Shown: positions 58,336-64,000 of the stretch, piece after piece
Position numbering within the stretch: position 1 is the stretch's first letter
Layout: every line of letters starts with the position of its first letter
Assembly: GCA_018992565.1 (NCBI GenBank)
Contig: JACVGW010000005.1
Location: forward strand, 1 to 64,000
Direction of reading: 5' to 3'
Source of the DNA: Theionarchaea archaeon
GTDB lineage: Archaea > Methanobacteriota_B > Thermococci > Methanofastidiosales > SZ-28-30
Length of the DNA stretch: 64,000 bases
Notes under the pieces: generated by a model
What the model was told of the DNA's origin: nothing
Databases searched by the model: none
What the model saw: only the letters and a program-made list of their open reading frames with translations
Translations under genes and position numbers: made by a program

Positions 58336-59004
58336 CTATTCAGAGTGAATATGGGATGCCAGATCTTTCAAGTCCTCGAATATGTAATCTGGGTTCTCTT
58401 CTTCTAGCCGGGTTCTACTGGACAGTCCAGACAGGACTCCAGCTGTTCTTACTCCTGCCCCTTTTCCTGCCCTGATATCGGAAGGCAAATCACCCACATA
58501 CAAGCATTCACCGGGGTCAACCCCCATAAGGTCTACTGCCATGTTAATTGAGGCAGGGTCGGGTTTTTCTCTGGCAACCTCATCTGTCGTCACCACTACT
58601 TCAAAATACTCAGATATGTCTTCTTTCTTGAGGGATTCCTCTGTCCATTTTCGTCCTCTGGCCGTGACAACAGCAAGTCTGAAATCCCTAAGAGCTTCAA
58701 GAGCTTCTCTCACCCCGGGAAGCAATATATTTTCTTCGGTATATTGTGTAAATCGCTTTTCAAAGTAGTCCTTAATCCTCAAGATCCTCAAGGGGCTTTT
58801 CCAGCTTAAGAACCCGTAGTGAAATGCAATAATCAGGAAATTGAACCTGCTCTTTCTTCCACCTAGCATATTCAGAGTCTCACTGATAACGAGATCCACA
58901 TCTATGTCCAGATCAAATTCCTTTTTCGTTTCCCTCACAGCTTTCCTTATGGCTTCTGCGGAGTCAAAAAGAGTCCCGTCCACATCAAACAGTATGCACT
59001 TCAC
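58336..59004 (-). CDS. HAD-superfamily phosphatase (phosphoglycolate phosphatase-like)
   Basis: FDVDGTL, VVT, KPDP, VGDLPSD. Confidence 0.9.
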   Translation of the reverse strand: MKCILFDVDGTLFDSAEAIRKAVRETKKEFDLDIDVDLVISETLNMLGGRKSRFNFLIIAFHYGFLSWKSPLRILRIKDYFEKRFTQYTEENILLPGVREALEALRDFRLAVVTARGRKWTEESLKKEDISEYFEVVVTTDEVAREKPDPASINMAVDLMGVDPGECLYVGDLPSDIRAGKGAGVRTAGVLSGLSSRTRLEEENPDYIFEDLKDLASHIHSE

Positions 59005-59390
59005 ACCTTCGTCCTCGCGGGCACCTATAAATAGGTTTCAGGTGCAGGAGGGAGTCCTTCCCCCTGAATCCTAGCTGGCCTATACTATAGGTGTGGTCCT
59101 ACCAGATGGGCAGAGTAGACTTCAGCGTGAGTGCACATACTTCTCAGGCTGCAGCATTCTGAAGATTTAATCTCAACGAGCGGCCTTATCGAATTATATA
59201 TCCAAATAAAGAGATGATAGTTGTTGCTTTATTTCTTCAGAGAGATCATAAAAGAAACTAAAAGAATGAAGAAAAAAGAGAATGAGCATGACCAAGAACG
59301 TGAACAGGGTAAATGTTTATAAAGCTCAAGAGAACTTTCTACTACTTCCAAGGATGTGGCTTTACAGCTGAACGTAATGGAGGTATTACC

Positions 59391-59951
59391 ATGGGTTACT
59401 ATAAATATGTAAGAGAAGCATGGAAATCCCCTGAAAAATCATATGTAAAGAGTCTGATGTGGCAGCGAATGCCAGAATGGAGACGAGAGAACGTTATTAC
59501 CCGGATAGAGAGGCCCACCCGGCCTGATAGGGCACGTTCATTAGGATATAAAGCCAAACCAGGCTTTGTTGTGGTGAGGGCCCGGGTGCGTCGAGGTGGG
59601 AGGAGAAAGTCAAGACCCAACTCTCACCGGAAACCTGCCAGCATGGGTATCAAGAAGATCACCATGAGGAAGAATATCAGATGGATGGCTGAAGAGAGGG
59701 TGGCCAAAAAATACCCCAATATGGAGGTTTTGAACTCGTACTGGGTAGGTCAGGACGGAAGACACAAGTACTTCGAGGTCATTCTGGTTGACCCGAATCA
59801 TCCTGCCATACAGAGTGATGCTGAGCTCTCCTGGGTACAGAATCAGGGAGACCGGGCTCTACGAGGAAAGACCAGTGCTGCCAAGAAGAGCAGGGGACTT
59901 CGAGCAAAGGGAAAGGGCTCTGAGCGCAACAGACCACATAAGCTGCGATGA
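59391..59951 (+). CDS. rpl15e: 50S ribosomal protein L15e
   Basis: [37 protein letters not shown]. Confidence 0.96.
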   Translation: MGYYKYVREAWKSPEKSYVKSLMWQRMPEWRRENVITRIERPTRPDRARSLGYKAKPGFVVVRARVRRGGRRKSRPNSHRKPASMGIKKITMRKNIRWMAEERVAKKYPNMEVLNSYWVGQDGRHKYFEVILVDPNHPAIQSDAELSWVQNQGDRALRGKTSAAKKSRGLRAKGKGSERNRPHKLR

Positions 59952-60358
59952 TAGAAATTGATCATATTACACTACAGGCCCTGTGTCACGCCACAGAGAG
60001 CGAAGACAAGGTGCTGGAGGCTTTGCACGTACTGTATCCTCATTTCAAGAAGCAGGAAGCCACCGGTCACTTTGGCAATCCCATCTACATTTTTGAAGCT
60101 CACGTCAGCAGAAAAAAGGAGTTAAGGGATTTACTATCTTTAGTTGAGAAGGAACTCGCTCCACAGTTGGGAAAGAACATACGCAGGAGAGTTGACAGGA
60201 AGGGGAACCTGTACATTCGAGTTGACAAACAGGAATTAGCCTGTAAGAACCTGGTGGTAAATGACAGGGGAGATGTCAAGATAGTCATCCACATTCAGAG
60301 CTACCCTTTCAGACTGGAGGATGCGATTCAGTATGCAGAGGACCTATTTAGCCATTGA
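59948..60358 (+). CDS. DUF54 RNA-binding protein of the exosome superoperon
   Basis: [24 protein letters not shown]. Confidence 0.85.
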   Translation: MIEIDHITLQALCHATESEDKVLEALHVLYPHFKKQEATGHFGNPIYIFEAHVSRKKELRDLLSLVEKELAPQLGKNIRRRVDRKGNLYIRVDKQELACKNLVVNDRGDVKIVIHIQSYPFRLEDAIQYAEDLFSH

Positions 60359-60899
60359 TTTGAGGGGGTACCCCTCACCGCTGTATCAAACCGTATGTCA
60401 GGTGGTGCCGGCAGAGGATTACATTCGGGGTTCTGCACATTCCAGAGCAGTACAGGGAGTGGAGGTGGAGGCTGTCTCGCAGCTAAAGGGGTTATCTGAT
60501 ACTCTGCTGGTGTTTGCAGGTGGAGGTACATCACACAGGAACCGCGCCTTCTTGAAAACAAAGAGAATTGATGTTCTGTCCCACCCGTATCCTTTTGATT
60601 CTTTTCAGGCAAGACTTGCGGCAGAGGATCACATTGCTATAGAATTATGTTTTGCGGATGTTCTTTTCACCAGGGGGTACCTCAGGGCTCAAGTACTGAG
60701 ACGGTTGTCCACGACAGTAAGGCTCTCTAAGAAGTATCATGCTCCCCTCATTATCACCAGCGGGGCTTCGTGCGAAAGAGAGGTGGTGACGCCCAGGACT
60801 CTGGTGGCTTTTGGCCGCATTCTGGGAATGGAATATAACGAAGCCAAGGCATCCATTTGGAACATCCCAGGAAAAGTACTTGAGGGATTTGAATGGTAA
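60333..60899 (+). CDS. rnp3: RNase P protein Rpp30
   Basis: RIDVLSHP, AIEL, IITSGA...PR; operon position. Confidence 0.8.
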   Translation: MQRTYLAIDLRGYPSPLYQTVCQVVPAEDYIRGSAHSRAVQGVEVEAVSQLKGLSDTLLVFAGGGTSHRNRAFLKTKRIDVLSHPYPFDSFQARLAAEDHIAIELCFADVLFTRGYLRAQVLRRLSTTVRLSKKYHAPLIITSGASCEREVVTPRTLVAFGRILGMEYNEAKASIWNIPGKVLEGFEW

Positions 60900-61204
60900 A
60901 AAAGACGTTGCGGGAGAAGAGACGCTACATTCTATTCGAACTGACTTCTGAGGAAAGCTTTAAAAGGGGGGAAATTGTTACAGGTATATGGAATTCCTGT
61001 CTGGAATTCCTAGGAGAATGTGGCGTGTCAAAGACATCTCTGTGGGTACATGAGTACGAGGATAACCAGGGAATTGTCTCCTGCAATACCCACAGTGTAG
61101 ATGAAGTCATTATGTGTCTTTCTCTAATTCAAGGCATTGAGAAAAAAGAAGCGCGTCTTCGAATCAAAGGTGTATCAGGAACAATAAGAGGATTGAAACA
61201 GTAG
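60893..61204 (+). CDS. rnp2: RNase P protein Pop5
   Basis: LREKRRYILF...GVSGTIR. Confidence 0.9.
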   Translation: MVKKTLREKRRYILFELTSEESFKRGEIVTGIWNSCLEFLGECGVSKTSLWVHEYEDNQGIVSCNTHSVDEVIMCLSLIQGIEKKEARLRIKGVSGTIRGLKQ

Positions 61205-61212
61205 GTGTAAGT

Positions 61213-61887
61213 ATGGTTTCTGTGGATGAAGCAGTGATAGCACGGTTAAAATCACATGGTGAAAAATTCGAAATTCTGGTGGACCCCCGTATTGTAAACG
61301 AGGACATTCCTGTAGAAGATGCTTTGGCAGCTGAATATGTGTTCTCAGATGCAGGTACGGGAGACAGGGCTTCGCAGGAAAGCCTCACCAAAGTTTTCAA
61401 TACTACCAATGTCCTGGAGATTGCCAGGACAATAATTAAGAAAGGCGAAATTCAACTGACCACAGAACAGAGAAAAGCCATGCTGGAAGAAAAGCGAAGG
61501 AAAATTGTGCAGCTGATTGCGAGGAATGCCGTAGATCCCCGAACCAGATCTCCTCACCCTCCTCACCGCATTGAGAATGCCATGGAACAGGCGCGAATAC
61601 ACATCGATCTTATGAGCAGCGCGGAAGAGCAGATGGCGGGGATTATCAAGCAATTACGACCGCTCCTGCCTCTCCGGGTGGAAACCAAGAAGGTAGCAGT
61701 AAGGATACCCGCTGCCTACACAGGGAAGTACTACCAGGTGAAGGAGTTTGGCACGGTAACGAGAGAGGAGTGGCAGAAGGATGGATCATATATTGCTGTC
61801 CTGGAAATTCCAGGTGGCATGGAAGAGGAGTTCTACGAAAGAATCAATGCTATGACAAAAGGAGAAGCTGAAACCAAATTGTTATGA
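61213..61887 (+). CDS. Ribosome maturation factor SBDS/Sdo1
   Basis: GEKFEILVDP, GEIQLT, PHPPHRIENAM. Confidence 0.94.
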   Translation: MVSVDEAVIARLKSHGEKFEILVDPRIVNEDIPVEDALAAEYVFSDAGTGDRASQESLTKVFNTTNVLEIARTIIKKGEIQLTTEQRKAMLEEKRRKIVQLIARNAVDPRTRSPHPPHRIENAMEQARIHIDLMSSAEEQMAGIIKQLRPLLPLRVETKKVAVRIPAAYTGKYYQVKEFGTVTREEWQKDGSYIAVLEIPGGMEEEFYERINAMTKGEAETKLL

Positions 61888-61896
61888 GGGTTGTCC

Positions 61897-62535
61897 ATGA
61901 TATATGCGAACAATAAGGATCTGGTAGTGCCAGGCATGTTGCTGGCAGAGGGCGACTACATCAATGAAGATGGAACCCACAAAGACAAGGGAAAGATCTA
62001 TGCAAGTGTCGTGGGTATCTGTTATGTTGACCACCGGAAGATCCGTGTGGTCGCTCTTGAAGGAAAATATATACCAAAATCAGGAGATACCATTATAGGG
62101 GTCGTAACTGGAGAGAGACTCAGTGGATGGACCGTGGATATCAACTCACCGTATAATGCAAGTCTGAGCCAGAGAGACATCCACGTTGGCAGGTTCGATA
62201 CACTCAAAGTAGGAGATTTGATTTCTGCCAAGATTGTGAAAGTCACTGAGACATTTGATATTTCTCTCTATGCCAAGAGGCCCCATGGAAGACTGAATGA
62301 GGGTATACTTGTGGAAATTCATTCCTCCAGAGTCCCCCGACTGATTGGTAGAAGAGGCAGCATGATCAAGCTGATAAAAGAAAAGACGGGGAGTATTATA
62401 TCGGTAGGCCAGAATGGTCTGGTCTGGATCAGAGGAGGAAACGAAGAGCTGGCAGCACAGGCATGTCAAATGGTGGACAGAGAAGCACATATTCCTGGAT
62501 TGACAGACAGGGTCAGTGGATTTCTGAGTAGGTGA
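61897..62535 (+). CDS. rrp4: Exosome subunit Rrp4
   Basis: VVPG, YIPKSGD, VPRLIGRRGSMI, VGQNGLVW. Confidence 0.93.
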   Translation: MIYANNKDLVVPGMLLAEGDYINEDGTHKDKGKIYASVVGICYVDHRKIRVVALEGKYIPKSGDTIIGVVTGERLSGWTVDINSPYNASLSQRDIHVGRFDTLKVGDLISAKIVKVTETFDISLYAKRPHGRLNEGILVEIHSSRVPRLIGRRGSMIKLIKEKTGSIISVGQNGLVWIRGGNEELAAQACQMVDREAHIPGLTDRVSGFLSR

Positions 62536-62539
62536 TTAA

Positions 62540-63232
62540 ATGGAACGTGTTGATGGAAGACGCTTTGATGAACTGCGTCCAATAAAGATAGAGGCAGGAG
62601 TGCTGAAGCGAGCAGATGGATCTTGCTACATTGAGTGGGGTAAGAATAAGATATATGCGGCAGTTTACGGCCCAAAGAAGGTTCTGCCACGGCACCTGGA
62701 AAAAGATGATCGGGCCATCTTGCGCTGCAGGTACAATATGGCCCCCTTTTCTGTGGAAGAGAGGAAGAGGCCTGGTCCCGATCGCCGAGCAGTTGAGATA
62801 GGAAAGGTTATGCAGGGTGCTTTAGAACCAGCTATTCTTATGCATTACTATCCAAAATCAATGATTGAGATCTCTGTGGAGGTTGTTCAGGCCAATGCGG
62901 GCACTCGATGTGCTGGAATCACAGCAGTTTCTGTAGCATTGGCAGATGCAGGGATACCAATGCGTGATTTGGTTCCTTCCTGTGCTGCGGGGAAGGTTGA
63001 TGGTCAGGTAATTCTGGATCTGGCCAAGGAAGAAGATAACTCTGGAGAAGCAGATATGCCGGTAGCCATTATTCCCCGACTTAACCAGATTACGCTGCTA
63101 CAGATGGATGGAAAACTCACTGAGCAGGAAGTTGAACAGGCAATTACGCTGGCTATGCAAGGATGTCAGCAGGTATATCAATTGCAGATTGATGCATTAC
63201 GAAGAAAATATGCGGGTGCTGAATATGAGTGA
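62540..63232 (+). CDS. rrp41: Exosome catalytic subunit Rrp41
   Basis: [39 protein letters not shown]. Confidence 0.95.
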   Translation: MERVDGRRFDELRPIKIEAGVLKRADGSCYIEWGKNKIYAAVYGPKKVLPRHLEKDDRAILRCRYNMAPFSVEERKRPGPDRRAVEIGKVMQGALEPAILMHYYPKSMIEISVEVVQANAGTRCAGITAVSVALADAGIPMRDLVPSCAAGKVDGQVILDLAKEEDNSGEADMPVAIIPRLNQITLLQMDGKLTEQEVEQAITLAMQGCQQVYQLQIDALRRKYAGAEYE

Positions 63233-64000
63233 GATTCTACCGTTAATCAGAAAGGAATACCTGATAAGTCTAGCCAAGGAAGGAAAACGAGAAGACGAAC
63301 GTGCTCTGGATGAGTATCGCCCCCTGGACATACGGGTCAATGTGGTGGACAAGGCGGAAGGATCTGCTCTGGTGTCCCTGGGAGGTACCATGGTGTTTGC
63401 AGGGATAAAAGTAGATGTAGGTGAACCATACCCTGATACTCCCGAGGATGGAGTGATGATCACAGGGGCAGAATTGATCCCCATGGCAGCACCTGATTTT
63501 GAAGCAGGTCCACCTGGAGAGGAGGCAGTAGAAGTTGCCCGCGTGGTTGACAGAGGTATCAGGGAATCCAAGGCGCTGGACACGAAAGCTCTCTGCGTCA
63601 GAGAGAATGAGCTGGTGAGACTGGTGTTCGTGGACTTGCATGTCATGGACTATGATGGAAACCTGATTGATGCGTGTGGAGTTGCAGCAATGTCTGCTCT
63701 GGCCACCTGTCAGATGCCTGTTCTGGATGAGAACGACAAACCTACAGAAGAGAGGTTACCCTTGCCAGTACATGACCTGGCGGTGCCCTGCACCTTTGTC
63801 AAACTGGGAGATTCCTTGCTGCTGGACCCCTCACTGGATGAAGAGAAAGCGCTTGACTCGCGCATCACTGTGGCCACTGATCAAGAGCACCACGTCTGTG
63901 CTATGCAGAAGAGCAATATCGGAGGATTCAGTCTGGAAGAAGTCATGCATGCAGTTAGAGTATCTACTGCCAGGGGCGAGGAAATCAGAGGCTTGATGAA
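63225..64000 (+). CDS. rrp42: Exosome subunit Rrp42 (runs off the window end)
   Basis: [13 protein letters not shown]...GKREDER...KAEGSALV...PYPDTP...[11 protein letters not shown]...DYDGNLIDA. Confidence 0.93.
   Translation, partial: MSEILPLIRKEYLISLAKEGKREDERALDEYRPLDIRVNVVDKAEGSALVSLGGTMVFAGIKVDVGEPYPDTPEDGVMITGAELIPMAAPDFEAGPPGEEAVEVARVVDRGIRESKALDTKALCVRENELVRLVFVDLHVMDYDGNLIDACGVAAMSALATCQMPVLDENDKPTEERLPLPVHDLAVPCTFVKLGDSLLLDPSLDEEKALDSRITVATDQEHHVCAMQKSNIGGFSLEEVMHAVRVSTARGEEIRGLM

Noticed and set aside
59020..59170. Short hairpins and CCTATA..TAGG palindromes upstream of the HAD gene as an ncRNA or C/D sRNA
   Set aside because: Stems are short, no proper C and D box pair is present, and one palindrome is simply the TATA region.
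197..63996. Numerous antisense or alternative-frame ORFs in the track (e.g. 19479-20192, 37868-38596, 41365-42048, 8134-8733)
   Set aside because: They are shadows of well-supported genes on the other strand or frame, with no motifs or expression signals.
1..64000. Mobile elements, proviruses or defence systems
   Set aside because: No transposase, integrase, terminal inverted repeats, att-like tRNA duplication, cas or restriction-modification genes are recognisable.

Overview
A 64-kb stretch of an archaeal chromosome, apparently from a scaffolded draft or MAG, with three 100-N gaps. Gene content suggests an anaerobic, peptide-fermenting euryarchaeote; a Thermococci/Theionarchaea-like affiliation is my inference, not a search result. 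Most of the window is core housekeeping: an intron-containing tRNA-Met, a fused guaA, pcna-gins15-rpl44e-rps27e-aIF2a-nop10-PAC2, dph2-METTL5-csl4-rpoL, a histone, scpB, trxB, tldD/E, and rpl15e-rnp3-rnp2-SBDS-rrp4-rrp41-rrp42. It also holds a 10-kb hdrCBA-mvhD(wHTH fusion)-hdrA(double)-mvhDGA electron-bifurcation operon, an AOR, several peptidases and scattered surface-glycan genes. I see no transposase, integrase or CRISPR array. The most striking unexplained element is at 28.0-29.5 kb. There a tandem Lrp/AsnC-like regulator with an elaborate upstream region converges on an unannotated 27-aa ORF (MDCIRKLGGGPGVPTKLGGGPGVPTSN) that has its own expression signals and two identical 10-aa cassettes, making it a candidate peptide-signal or RiPP-like precursor paired with a regulator. 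Other notable items are a 23-aa ORF with its own promoter, SD and terminator, a candidate pseudoknotted ncRNA, an amber-interrupted methyltransferase and a ThiI homologue lacking its PP-loop.
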